A stretch of 64,000 nt of DNA, taken from contig JACTMU010000079.1 in assembly GCA_014584465.1 (NCBI GenBank), positions 8,065-72,064 of the forward strand, written 5' to 3'. Source of the stretch: Pseudomonadota bacterium. GTDB taxonomy: Bacteria > Bdellovibrionota > Bdellovibrionia > Bdellovibrionales > JACTMU01. This document shows positions 1 to 9,737 of the stretch, in pieces; the stretch's first letter is position 1, and the number at the start of each line of letters is the position of its first letter. A program made the translations under genes and the position numbers. Below the pieces are notes generated by a model. The model saw only the letters and a list, made by a program, of their open reading frames with translations, did no database searches and had not been told where the DNA came from.

Positions 1-1656
1 CCTTGCCGTGGCACTACCAAGGGACTCTAGACTCTCTTCCACATGGAAGCCCTCCAAGATGTCCCGCAGTGAATTTATGATCTTCAGTTCGATCCGAATC
101 AACGTTCGCGCTGAATCTACCATGCTAGTGTAGCGACGGCAGAATGTAAAATGAGTTTCTGCTAAACCTTGACTCCTCATCCACTCCCTCAGTTCGTGAT
201 CAAAACGAACTAGACCTCGGTCCGCGGCATGAAGGATCTTTTCTCGTCGTTTGGATTTGAGTTGCATCCACAGACGTAAAAACCTCAAGATACCTCTCTT
301 GGTCATCTCACGCACAAATGTGAGAGCTAGACTTCCAACTTCGGAAAACTCCCCACCCGAGTGTTCCTGATTCAACGCCGCCGCCTGCGCCCACTGAAGA
401 ATCCATTGTCCCACCCAATCCACATTCCTACAAAAGGGGCGAAGGGCCCAAAATCCTCCCGGCATCAATGAAGAGCGATAGATCTTCACCTGTTCCTTAT
501 ACTCTTCAGCCACAGTCTGAAGCCCGATTTCGTTTCCCATAAGATGGTGATGCATGACCATCGCCACAAGTTCAGGCGCAAATTCATGGCAGTGGAACTT
601 CTCGTAAGGACAGGTCACGGAGTGGCTGCAAGGTGTGCAGGGTTGGCCACTTTGAATGAGGATGGCGTGAGGAGAGTAGGTTCCCGTCTTATCCACCTGG
701 CTGCTTCCTACGGAAATCTCTACAATCTTGATGTCAGTGGCAGAGGCCATGTGTTTGATGCCCGTGTCGCACGTTAAGAGAAGGTCCGCCCTTTTGAGCA
801 GTGCAAGCGCCCCTTCAAGAGAACAGATCAGAAGATCCGCCCAAACGGACCTCTCGCGCAAGAGCGTGCAAAGCTCCGTGAGACTCTCCTTTTCTGAAGG
901 CGCCCCAATCAACACAAAGCGTGCTTGAGGTTCCAATTGAGAGTAAACCTCCATCACCTTTGTAAATTTGAATTTGTCCCAACTCTTTTTCGGATCACTC
1001 GTGAACGGTTGAACCACGATCCACTTCGTTGGATTCAAGGAATCCAGAAAGATCTCTCCAAGTCTACCTCGTACCTCTTCCACACCGCACGCAGTCTCTT
1101 CCAGTTCAATACGGATGGATTCCCTTTCACCCAGAGACCTCTCTCTTGAACCCAAATCGTTGCCACATCTTGTGGCTCCTAGAAAGGCATCAATCCAATG
1201 AAAAAGAGCTGGTTCCGAACTTGAAAGGTTCTCATTGATGTAACGAAACCAACTGTTCAGACCGAAAATGGAGGGGTTGTGGGCTTCGTCCAATGAGATG
1301 CCCTCTCTCTGACCTCCCTCTATGATTCCCACAAGCCACCCACTGAGTCGATTGTGGGTCAGATTGAGGATCAGATCAAACTCTCTCTGATTCAACTCTT
1401 CGACCAACTCTTGAACTCTCCAGTAAGACTCTAAGATGGGCCGATCGCTCTCACCCAGGCCACTTTGAATGAGTCCATATTCAAAAAGGTGAACCTGATC
1501 CACCAACTTTCCTAACATCGGCGTCAACCCCTGGAACGAGCTGTTGATGAGGAGTTCCACTTCAGCTTCGGGCCACCGGTCTTTGATGGATCTTAAGATT
1601 GGGGTCGACATCACAATGTCCCCCATACGCAGAAGTTGAACGACCAAAACTCTCAT
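1..1656 (-). CDS. Glycosyltransferase family 9 (heptosyltransferase-like) protein. Partial: the 3' end lies beyond the window start.
   Basis: Manual translation of the minus strand from the ATG at 1656..1654 stays open to position 1, which is why the ORF track lacks it. N-terminus is MRVLVVQLLRMGDIVMSTPILRSIKDRWPEAEVELL. Later motifs VVQPFTSDPKKSW, LIGAPSEKE and ADLLLTCDTGIKHMA are typical of GT9. The ATG overlaps the upstream TGA (ATGA). Confidence 0.75.
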   Translation of the reverse strand, partial: MRVLVVQLLRMGDIVMSTPILRSIKDRWPEAEVELLINSSFQGLTPMLGKLVDQVHLFEYGLIQSGLGESDRPILESYWRVQELVEELNQREFDLILNLTHNRLSGWLVGIIEGGQREGISLDEAHNPSIFGLNSWFRYINENLSSSEPALFHWIDAFLGATRCGNDLGSRERSLGERESIRIELEETACGVEEVRGRLGEIFLDSLNPTKWIVVQPFTSDPKKSWDKFKFTKVMEVYSQLEPQARFVLIGAPSEKESLTELCTLLRERSVWADLLICSLEGALALLKRADLLLTCDTGIKHMASATDIKIVEISVGSSQVDKTGTYSPHAILIQSGQPCTPCSHSVTCPYEKFHCHEFAPELVAMVMHHHLMGNEIGLQTVAEEYKEQVKIYRSSLMPGGFWALRPFCRNVDWVGQWILQWAQAAALNQEHSGGEFSEVGSLALTFVREMTKRGILRFLRLWMQLKSKRREKILHAADRGLVRFDHELREWMRSQGLAETHFTFCRRYTSMVDSARTLIRIELKIINSLRDILEGFHVEESLESLGSATAR

Positions 1657-2273
1657 TGAATCATCTCCGAAAGAAGATTCCAGATTTTGGACTGCGAATC
1701 TTCCATTTTAAATTTGAGATCTTTGATGCTCAGAAGCTCGCTCTTTTCTTCACCAATTCGTGTGATCCCAAGTGGATCTAAGAGTTTCATCTGTGCTTCC
1801 AGCGACTTCCCATCTCGAGCGAGAAGATACTGCTGCCACTCGCTGTAGAAACGCTCCTCCTTCCTCATTGCAGGCGCATAGGGCAACACGCAATAGGGGT
1901 TGCGCAACAACAACTTCGCCTTTGAGGTGTCGAAGTAACGATGGGGTTCTTCTCCCACAATCATCGTCACTCGACTCTCCCAGCTCCTTTCAACGTGGTT
2001 GAAGACCCACTCAAGAGTTTCATTGCGGGCCTCAATCACCACAATCTGAGCTCTAGAACACTTTCTCAATAGAGCAAGAACATGATATCCACAACCGAGG
2101 CCCAAGACAAAGAGCGTCCTTTGTTTGCCCATGTAGGCCTCATCGTTGCAAATCGGTTTTTGATTCTCAATCCAACTTTGCGCTTGAGAAACGGGATCGT
2201 TGCGGGAAGCCATCAAAGTCCCGTCCAACTTGAAGATCCAGTGACCAGATCGAGAGTGACTGCTTTGAATCAT
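1653..2273 (-). CDS. Hypothetical protein with a Rossmann-like GLGCGYH motif. Function unknown; possibly methyltransferase- or MptE-like.
   Basis: 206-aa ORF with 4-nt overlaps to both neighbours, suggesting an operon. Contains FVLGLGCGYHVLALL followed by VVIEA. Confidence 0.6.
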   Translation of the reverse strand: MIQSSHSRSGHWIFKLDGTLMASRNDPVSQAQSWIENQKPICNDEAYMGKQRTLFVLGLGCGYHVLALLRKCSRAQIVVIEARNETLEWVFNHVERSWESRVTMIVGEEPHRYFDTSKAKLLLRNPYCVLPYAPAMRKEERFYSEWQQYLLARDGKSLEAQMKLLDPLGITRIGEEKSELLSIKDLKFKMEDSQSKIWNLLSEMIQ

Positions 2274-3394
2274 CCTACTGGTTGCCCCCGTGTAAGTTTG
2301 ATCTGCTCCTCAATAAGTCGACACAACTTGACTCCCCCTTCAATGTTTGGATCAAGAGCCAAAACCCTCTCCATTTCGATCAAAGCTTCGCTCAAGCGCC
2401 CCGCCAAAACAAAGACCTTTGCAAGCAAGAAGGCGATCTCCACGTCGTCACCGGACGACTCAAGGTAGACCTTCAACCGATCGATCACTAAGACCACCCT
2501 TTCCCCAGTGGTCGCCCACTCTGCAAAGAGTTTCAACGCCGTCACATTGAACGAGTTGAAATCCAGGGCTCTCTCCAAATTGGCAATTGCAAGATCACCA
2601 TCGCCCAGTTGATGGTGAATGAGCGCAAGCCCTACCCACGCTTTGTCATTTTTGGGATTGATCTGGAGTGCTTCACGAAAATGTTTGAGCGCTTCAACAT
2701 AAGATTCACGTTGAATTTCCAAGGTCCCATAGTTCACCCGAAGTGTGTCTGAGTTGGGGTCGATCGTATGGGCTCGATTGTAGTACTCCTCGGCCTGCGC
2801 AAAGTCCCCTTCTCGAAGAACAAGATTTCCAAGATTCTTGTAGATATCAAAGAGGATCGGATGAGCATCTTCAATCACCTCAAGAGCCCTGAGGTAGTAC
2901 TCCTTGGCCTGCACATCATGGTTCATCAAATAGTGCGATTCTGCGACAAGACTGAGCGTCACCATGTCAGGTTGAATCTCACAAAGCGCCAAATAACAGG
3001 TCAGCGCTTCATCCAACTTACCCATTTTCGTGAAGCAAAATCCCATCCACCGAATGGCCTCTCTCTCATAAGGATCAACGTCGAGGACTCGTCCCAAAAG
3101 ATTTTGAGCAAGCCCATACTCACCACTTTGGACGAGAAGAAGAGCATTCTTGAGATAGATGGATTCAAGTGTTGCAACTTCGATCTTCCCATCAATCTCT
3201 TGGTCCAGCTCTCGATCAAATTGGTCCAGGTACTTTTGTGAAAGCTCAAGCGGAAGGGCTGGACCTCCAACACCGTCTTCTCTACTTTGACCTTCTCCCT
3301 TTTTCTCATGCACTTCCACCTCCGCTCTGCCATTTGCTCTGCGACTCTTTCTACTCAATTCCAACTGAATTTGATCTCGATCCATAAACTTCAA
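2270..3394 (-). CDS. TPR repeat protein
   Basis: 374-aa ORF with repeated A..Y...G/A..A...Y..AL..P 34-residue-like units, for example EALKHFREALQINPKNDKAW and AEEYYNRAHTIDPNSD. Confidence 0.75.
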   Translation of the reverse strand: MKFMDRDQIQLELSRKSRRANGRAEVEVHEKKGEGQSREDGVGGPALPLELSQKYLDQFDRELDQEIDGKIEVATLESIYLKNALLLVQSGEYGLAQNLLGRVLDVDPYEREAIRWMGFCFTKMGKLDEALTCYLALCEIQPDMVTLSLVAESHYLMNHDVQAKEYYLRALEVIEDAHPILFDIYKNLGNLVLREGDFAQAEEYYNRAHTIDPNSDTLRVNYGTLEIQRESYVEALKHFREALQINPKNDKAWVGLALIHHQLGDGDLAIANLERALDFNSFNVTALKLFAEWATTGERVVLVIDRLKVYLESSGDDVEIAFLLAKVFVLAGRLSEALIEMERVLALDPNIEGGVKLCRLIEEQIKLTRGQPVG

Positions 3395-3448
3395 CCACCT
3401 TCGAACCCCGATTCGGGTTTTGAACTCATATGCCTTTGATGAGAAAGA

Positions 3449-3463
3449 GCAACTCGAGTGCCA
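3449..3463 (-). promoter_or_regulatory. Sigma-54 (-24/-12) promoter for the TPR / Rossmann-like / GT9 operon
   Basis: The minus strand reads TGGCACTCGAGTTGC, an exact TGGCAC-N5-TTGC match. It sits about 55 nt upstream of the ATG at 3394. Confidence 0.6.
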
Positions 3464-3710
3464 ACACCGACTTTAGGTGAGATGATCCGGTGAGATAGAG
3501 TCCAAAACTCATGCAGCCGGAAGAGAGCCTATTTGACGAGGCACTCCGTCACCTCGATTCGCCAAAGAGTTGACTTTTCAATTTGGTACTTCGTCAAAGA
3601 TTTGACGATTGAAACTCTGTCAAGATCGACAGCATGAGGTCCGGGTTGAATCGGCAGATTCATTGTTGGCGATGCCCAGATCTCTAGGTTTTATCTTTGG
3701 ACAGAGCTCC

Positions 3711-4352
3711 TTAGAAATAAGAATCCAACTCTTCTTGAGAGATCCCTTCTGGCCACGTTGACGAATCACCCGAATCAAACCCATCACCACCAGAGGTGTC
3801 ATTGGAATCCAAACCATCTGTCACTGGCTCTTCAAGGCCTTCGTCGATGGGTTCTCCACCATCGTCTTCAATATTCTCTACAGGTGTCTTTGCAAATGAT
3901 GGCAATTTAAGAACGGGCTTGAGGAGACATCCTCCATTTCCCTGCTGCACAACTGATCTTTCAGCGTCAAAGTCGATCACCAAAGAATAGGAGTATCCAT
4001 TTTCAAATGTGACAGGCTCTGAGAGCACAATTTTGATTCCCGTTTGCTGTGCGCTGGGAGTCTTCATTGAGCAAGTTGTTCCATCTGCCTTCAGACCATA
4101 ATGACCCTCGTCATCTAAGACGACTCGAATCTTACTCACTTTCAGATCCGTCATATCTTCGAGATCTGCCAGTGGCAAAAGCACACCATCCCTTAAAGTC
4201 ATAAGGTCTACATCACCTAAGTTTTCTGCAATGATCAGCCTGGCCTCTTTCCCCTTTCCCTCCAGCCAAAGCTCAACATGATGAACGCAAAATCGTCTCA
4301 AGCTTTTACAGAATGCGTCTCTCTTCCAAACAGATGGTTGTCGGTGAAACAT
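3711..4352 (-). CDS. DUF4382-like protein, apparently lacking an N-terminal signal or lipobox
   Basis: 213-aa ORF. The pattern DLMTLRDGVLLPLADL...IRVVLDD...GLKADG...IKIVLSEPVTFENG..YSLVIDFDAERSV resembles DUF4382. An in-frame TAG lies immediately upstream of the ATG. Confidence 0.5.
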   Translation of the reverse strand: MFHRQPSVWKRDAFCKSLRRFCVHHVELWLEGKGKEARLIIAENLGDVDLMTLRDGVLLPLADLEDMTDLKVSKIRVVLDDEGHYGLKADGTTCSMKTPSAQQTGIKIVLSEPVTFENGYSYSLVIDFDAERSVVQQGNGGCLLKPVLKLPSFAKTPVENIEDDGGEPIDEGLEEPVTDGLDSNDTSGGDGFDSGDSSTWPEGISQEELDSYF

Positions 4353-4650
4353 CTTTTGACTCGACTTGAAGCGCTAACTTTTCAACATGACAACTTTTTT
4401 TACTCTTTTTGCAAAAGTTGAAATCTTCTTTAAGAAATCAAGAGTTTACCTGCTCAATGAGGGACTGAATGATCCGAGTGACCAAAAGTTCTACAAAATA
4501 TTACAAAAACAAAAATAGATGAATTCTGACCCCGGATTTGAATATGGTCCCAATTTCTTTTTTACACACTCTTGAATTTGACCATAGCACATGTCTCAAA
4601 ATGTGATAAACTTGCCATCAGTTCTAACTTAACTTAGAGGAGCATGACCT

Positions 4651-5148
4651 TTGAGCCGACCTATCCACATCTTGATTTTGACTCTCTGTTTTGGAATCTA
4701 TCTCGGAACCGCGCATGCCAGAAAGGACTCTGCAGAGAGATGGGTGACGACTTGTGAAGGCCGACAGGAGATATTTGGTAAGAGTGGAATCTCCAAAGTG
4801 ATCTTCTATTCTGTGGGTCCGAAAGCCGTCCTTATGGGGACCTCCTTCACGGCTGAGGGTGAAGAGATTTCGTCAGCAAAGCATCTCTTTGAAGCCCATG
4901 AAATTGAAACTGAGTTGATTCAGGGGCTTCCCTCTTTCAACCTCCTTTTTGAAGGGGGTTACCTCTCAACTTTTCAGATCACCCGTCGATTTGAAAGCAG
5001 TGCATTGACATGGGACGAAAAGATGTTTCTTGCAGAATCATTTGACGCCATCGGCACAAAAGGGGAAAATTCAGTTAACTATTTGTGCTACTCGAAGGCT
5101 CTCAAGCAGCCTCTTCCCTCCGGAAGTGAACTTTTGGAGTCGCTGTAG
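4651..5148 (+). CDS. Hypothetical secreted protein
   Basis: 165-aa ORF with a TTG start, preceded by GAGGAG. Signal-like N-terminus ILILTLCFGIYLGTAHA. Confidence 0.55.
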   Translation: MSRPIHILILTLCFGIYLGTAHARKDSAERWVTTCEGRQEIFGKSGISKVIFYSVGPKAVLMGTSFTAEGEEISSAKHLFEAHEIETELIQGLPSFNLLFEGGYLSTFQITRRFESSALTWDEKMFLAESFDAIGTKGENSVNYLCYSKALKQPLPSGSELLESL

Positions 5149-5175
5149 AGTCCGGCATTCACATGATGGGGATCA

Positions 5176-5931
5176 ATGCTAAAGAAATTAAAGAGCCTTT
5201 TACAAGGTGGAGAAGAAGAAAAGTCCCAAGACAACTTGACGCACCATGAAGGAGAACGAAATTCTCGAAGAGAGCCTCGAGTTCGCCTTGATGGGGGGCC
5301 GATTCAGTTTCACCGGACAAGTGATGATAAGCCACTTGAAATTTACAATCTATCTGAGTCGGGAATCGGACTTAGCTTTGCACAAATGCAACCTCCCCCA
5401 AAACCAGGTTCTCAACTTGGAGGACGATTTACGATTGCTTCGACTGAGTTCGCCGTTGTTTGTGAAGTGGTCCATGTCACCGACCCCATTGTGGGATGCA
5501 GGCTTCTCAATCGATCCGAGGAGTTGAAGCATGCCATCAAGAAGGCCTTTGAACTCGAACTTAGAGCTCACAATTTGGTCAAAATTCGCCCCGATGTGCT
5601 TGCACCTCGTAGCGATGGAACTCCCTACTATTTTCAAGGATCTCATAAGGAAGAACTCTTCTTTGTCGTTCAAGACAAGAAGATCATCTCATTGAACCTC
5701 ACCTTTGCACCTCACTCCGTTGAGTGGAGTCATGAAAAGGGTTTGAGGGCAGGAAAGATTGTTCAACTTGCGAAACTTCGCGTGACCGATTCGAGCCACT
5801 CCAACCCGATTGACTATTTTGATCCAATTCCAAATGAGCTCTTATCCCAAGCTCGCAATTTCATCAATAACGTTGATTTTCTCTCATTTTCTCATAAGAG
5901 GGATCTTTTTGAGATTTTAAAAAATGTCTAA
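5176..5931 (+). CDS. PilZ domain protein (c-di-GMP receptor)
   Basis: PilZ signature RREPRVRL (RxxxR) followed by YNLSESGIGL (D/NxSxxG). Confidence 0.7.
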   Translation: MLKKLKSLLQGGEEEKSQDNLTHHEGERNSRREPRVRLDGGPIQFHRTSDDKPLEIYNLSESGIGLSFAQMQPPPKPGSQLGGRFTIASTEFAVVCEVVHVTDPIVGCRLLNRSEELKHAIKKAFELELRAHNLVKIRPDVLAPRSDGTPYYFQGSHKEELFFVVQDKKIISLNLTFAPHSVEWSHEKGLRAGKIVQLAKLRVTDSSHSNPIDYFDPIPNELLSQARNFINNVDFLSFSHKRDLFEILKNV

Positions 5932-7306
5932 ATTAAAATCCAAATCTCTCTTCGTCTGTCAGAGTTGTGGCTCTCAACGACCGAAGTGGGAGGGACGATG
6001 TACAGATTGTGGCTCGTGGAATTCGCTTGTGGAGGAGGTCGTGGAATCGGGTTCCTCCTCCGGTTCGCGTGGCTGGATGAAGGAGTCCTCCGCGACACAA
6101 ATTCTCTCTCTCGATCAGGTCGTCACAGAGACCCAACTTCACCGTTGGACCACCTCCATCAAGGAGATGGACCGAGTGTTAGGAGGTGGAGTCGTCCCAG
6201 GCAGTTTTGTACTTGTGGGAGGCGATCCGGGAATTGGAAAGAGCACACTCCTTCTTCAAATGGCGGGCTCCTTTGCGACCACTCATCAACGATCCGTTCT
6301 CTACATTTCAGGTGAAGAGAGTGTTTCGCAGACAGCCCTTCGCGCCCAACGCCTGGGCGTTCGTTCCACCTTCGTCAAGGTCGCATGTGAAAGCAACCTT
6401 GAAATCATTGATGGTTTGATCCGAGACCACAAGCCTGATCTTCTCATCGTGGATTCGATCCAAACTCTCTTTTTGCCTGAACTTAGCTCAGCGCCTGGCA
6501 GCGTTTCTCAAGTTCGTGAAAGTGCAGCCCATCTTATGAGTATTGCAAAATCCAATGATACGGCCATTTTCCTTGTGGGGCATGTCACCAAGGAGGGGAA
6601 TCTCGCTGGTCCTAAGGTTTTAGAACACATGGTCGATACCGTTCTCTCCTTTGAAGGGGAGAGAGGGCACCCCTTTCGACTGCTTCGTTCCATCAAAAAT
6701 CGCTTTGGGGCCACTCATGAACTGGGGGTCTTTGAGATGCGAGAAGCGGGCCTGATGGAGGTGGTCAACCCCTCAGAGCTCTTCTTGCAAGAGCGCGGGG
6801 AACAGCCTATGGGCTCATCAATCTTTGCAACCATTGAGGGAAGTCGACCACTCTTGTGTGAAATTCAGGCCCTCACCACCTCCACCCACCTTGCAATGCC
6901 ACGGAGGACCTCGGTGGGTTTTGACCTCCAGAGAGTTCATCTTCTCTCCGCAGTCCTTGAAAAGCATCTCAAGCTGAAACTTTCCAGTTGTGATCTTTTC
7001 GTCAATGTGGTTGGAGGACTCAAGATCTCAGAACCCGCAGCCGATCTCGCCGTCTGCGCCGCCATCATCTCCACCCAGACCAACAAAACGCTTGGCCCTC
7101 GCTCGATCTTCATGGGAGAGGTGGGTCTTACAGGAGAAATTCGCGGAGTTTCTCAGATTGAACAGCGACTTCGAGAATCGCTCAAACTGGGTTTTAATGA
7201 ATTTGTCCTCCCAGAGTCCAACCACAAACATCTTGAGCCATCTTTGGAAAGAGAGCGAGTAAAGTACCGTTGGGTCAAGCATGTCAGGGACCTCAATCTT
7301 GGATGA
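5924..7306 (+). CDS. radA: DNA repair protein RadA/Sms
   Basis: N-terminal zinc ribbon CQSCGSQRPKWEGRCTDCGSWNS, Walker A GDPGIGKST, KNRFG motif and a Lon-like C-terminus. Confidence 0.95.
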   Translation: MSKLKSKSLFVCQSCGSQRPKWEGRCTDCGSWNSLVEEVVESGSSSGSRGWMKESSATQILSLDQVVTETQLHRWTTSIKEMDRVLGGGVVPGSFVLVGGDPGIGKSTLLLQMAGSFATTHQRSVLYISGEESVSQTALRAQRLGVRSTFVKVACESNLEIIDGLIRDHKPDLLIVDSIQTLFLPELSSAPGSVSQVRESAAHLMSIAKSNDTAIFLVGHVTKEGNLAGPKVLEHMVDTVLSFEGERGHPFRLLRSIKNRFGATHELGVFEMREAGLMEVVNPSELFLQERGEQPMGSSIFATIEGSRPLLCEIQALTTSTHLAMPRRTSVGFDLQRVHLLSAVLEKHLKLKLSSCDLFVNVVGGLKISEPAADLAVCAAIISTQTNKTLGPRSIFMGEVGLTGEIRGVSQIEQRLRESLKLGFNEFVLPESNHKHLEPSLERERVKYRWVKHVRDLNLG

Positions 7307-7925
7307 TATGAATCAAGAGCCTCCTCTGCTGCGACGTCGTCTCTCCGCAGAATTGACCCAGTTGGAATTTCTTTGTCACAGTGAGAAGCTCACTTTGGGA
7401 ACTCTCATTGAGCAGATGACTCCAAGAAGCCATGCCATTTTGACCTTTTTTATCTCATTGCCGTTTTTGCTCCCCATCCCGCTGCCAGGGCTTTCGACTC
7501 CCTTTGGGCTCATGATTGCGGCACTTGGGATTTCGTTGTCTCTGCGCAAGAAGCCATGGCTTCCCCGATTTTTGAAGAGGCGTGAGATCTCACCGCGCTT
7601 TCTTGAAAAGGTCTTCCACAAATCTTCTGAACTCTCGATGAAAATGGAGAGATGGATACACCCGAGAGGGGCCTACATCGTGACTCACCCTTGGATTCGA
7701 CAACTCAATGGCGTATGGATTGCTCTTTGCGGTCTTCTTCTGGCTCTGCCACTTCCTCCAGGCACCAACGCCCCACCTGCACTTGCGATCGTTCTCCTCT
7801 CGATCGGCCACCTTGAAGAAGACCTTCTCGTATTGGGACTCGGATACATCGCAATGGCCATCAATCTCATCTTGTTTTTTCTTCTTTTTTTCTTTGGAGT
7901 CTCTCTACTTCCCACTCAAACGTGA
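7281..7925 (+). CDS. ExoD-family exopolysaccharide synthesis membrane protein
   Basis: LPFLLPIPLPGLSTPFGL...KKPWLPRFLKRR pattern with C-terminal transmembrane segments, typical of ExoD. Confidence 0.65.
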   Translation: MSGTSILDDMNQEPPLLRRRLSAELTQLEFLCHSEKLTLGTLIEQMTPRSHAILTFFISLPFLLPIPLPGLSTPFGLMIAALGISLSLRKKPWLPRFLKRREISPRFLEKVFHKSSELSMKMERWIHPRGAYIVTHPWIRQLNGVWIALCGLLLALPLPPGTNAPPALAIVLLSIGHLEEDLLVLGLGYIAMAINLILFFLLFFFGVSLLPTQT

Positions 7926-7936
7926 CGAGTGCCTGG

Positions 7937-8659
7937 CTAATTTTTTGGAATATAAGATGTTGGTTTGGTCTTTGCAATGACTCCCAAGATGATCTGCAGC
8001 GAATGTTTCTTGAGATTGACAAACTCAACACCGAAGCCAATGGGTTCCGTTTTTCTTCGCACCCAACGCACGACTCCCTCGCCCACAATGGAGCCTTCAC
8101 TTCCGTCAAAGGTGATTGAAAAGCCGATCTCCTGATCCACTTTTGGAAGTGAGTCCCTCATCTGGACAAACATCCCCCCTTGCCCTATGTTAAGTACATG
8201 GCCGCCAAGAGCACTCTGAAGATTCGAGAGTGAAAGTGCCACAGAACAGTCACAGACGTGTCGGTCCGGGCGCTCCTTCCACCGTTCCTCTTGCACAAGC
8301 AGCAATCTTCGAACCGTTGAAAAGATGTTGGCCAAATCAGGAGGCTTGTCAAATATCGCAGCAGCTCCTCGGTTGTAGGCCTCTTCAGGGGTAATGTCAC
8401 TGATCCCTGTAAGAAACAGGAGAATGGCAGCATTGCTATTTCGTCTCTTCACCTCATCAAGAAGAAAAACACCGTCCCCGTCAGGCATCCTTATATCAGT
8501 CAATATCACTTGTGTATCTGGATTCTCATCAAGTCGCCTCAGGGCATCCTTTCCTGAAATTGCGGTCACGGGCACAAATCCCTCCTCTCGAAACTCCTCT
8601 TCAAGACCCTCCAGGAAATCAACATTGTCGTCCACTAAGAGAACTTTTGCTGCACCCAT
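7937..8659 (-). CDS. Response regulator: receiver domain fused to a C-terminal PilZ domain
   Basis: REC motifs KVLLVDDN, ILTDIRMPDGDG and a conserved K-P region. C-terminal RPDRH...NIGQGGMFV matches the PilZ pattern. Confidence 0.75.
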   Translation of the reverse strand: MGAAKVLLVDDNVDFLEGLEEEFREEGFVPVTAISGKDALRRLDENPDTQVILTDIRMPDGDGVFLLDEVKRRNSNAAILLFLTGISDITPEEAYNRGAAAIFDKPPDLANIFSTVRRLLLVQEERWKERPDRHVCDCSVALSLSNLQSALGGHVLNIGQGGMFVQMRDSLPKVDQEIGFSITFDGSEGSIVGEGVVRWVRRKTEPIGFGVEFVNLKKHSLQIILGVIAKTKPTSYIPKN

Positions 8660-8687
8660 CTCGCTCCTCCCAAAAATGCAAGTTTCC

Positions 8688-9677
8688 TCATCCTGTGGCC
8701 TCCACAGCCTGAATCGGTCGATTGTGTGGCAACGTCACACAAAAGCAGGTCCCCTCTGGCCCACTCTCAACGTGAATGGCCCCTTTGTGACTCTCCACAA
8801 TCTTTCGTGTAATGCTTAGGCCTAGGCCCGTTCCAAGACCTATGGGTTTCGTTGTGAAGAAGGGCTGAAAGATCTTTGCTTGCAAATCTTTGGGAATGCC
8901 TGGTCCATTGTCGCAAACTTGAACCTCAACTTTGTCACCATCTCGCGATTTAACTTCAATCAATATCTTCTTGATCGTTTGACTGGTTTCTCGAAGAGCA
9001 TCAAATGCATTGTTGATCAGATTGATCAAAACCTGAGAAAGCTCAACGTAGCGCCCATAGAGAATGCAAGAGTCATCGTACCCATCCTTGTTCACAATCA
9101 CATCAACACCACTGCTCATGCTCCTTTCATGACACATCACTAGCACCTCACTGATCATGGCCGGCAGATCAATCGCCTCAAATGGGTCATCAGCCCCTCC
9201 ACGAGAAAATTTTCTCATCGAACGAGTCACCTCCATAATCTGATTGATGGTGCGGTCAATCACATCCAGTGGTTTTGTAATCTCGCTCTGTAGATCTTCC
9301 GGGAGTGAACGCCGGATCTTACGACTGTTGAGGAGGATGGTGCTGATGAAGTTGTTGATCTCGTGAACGATTCCACTGGTCATTTCACCTAAACTTGCCA
9401 TCTTTGAGGCAAATTCGCTCTTGGCTCGCTCCTCCAAGAGCAACTGGTGACCCCTTTCAAATGGAACCAGAATCGCATGATAGAGAATTGGAGTCAGGGT
9501 CACCACGAGCAATATCGAATCGACAATCGCCATCTCGATTCCACTTAGATGGGTGAGTTGACCCAAAATGAGCATATTGATCATCTCCACCACAAAGACA
9601 ATGATTGCTATGACCAACATGGATCTGTAGGCGACTCGTTTTTCCAAAAGAACCTCTCCCCCACACAAATGGATCAA
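8688..9677 (-). CDS. Sensor histidine kinase
   Basis: Transmembrane N-terminus, H-box SGIVHEINNFIS, N-box LINLINNAFDA and G-boxes DNGPGIP / GLGTGLGLSI. Confidence 0.85.
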   Translation of the reverse strand: MIHLCGGEVLLEKRVAYRSMLVIAIIVFVVEMINMLILGQLTHLSGIEMAIVDSILLVVTLTPILYHAILVPFERGHQLLLEERAKSEFASKMASLGEMTSGIVHEINNFISTILLNSRKIRRSLPEDLQSEITKPLDVIDRTINQIMEVTRSMRKFSRGGADDPFEAIDLPAMISEVLVMCHERSMSSGVDVIVNKDGYDDSCILYGRYVELSQVLINLINNAFDALRETSQTIKKILIEVKSRDGDKVEVQVCDNGPGIPKDLQAKIFQPFFTTKPIGLGTGLGLSITRKIVESHKGAIHVESGPEGTCFCVTLPHNRPIQAVEATG

Positions 9678-9737
9678 TCACCATTTTTACTGTCGCACGT
9701 GAACTCGCTCGTGATAACATCTTATCAATAGGACTCT

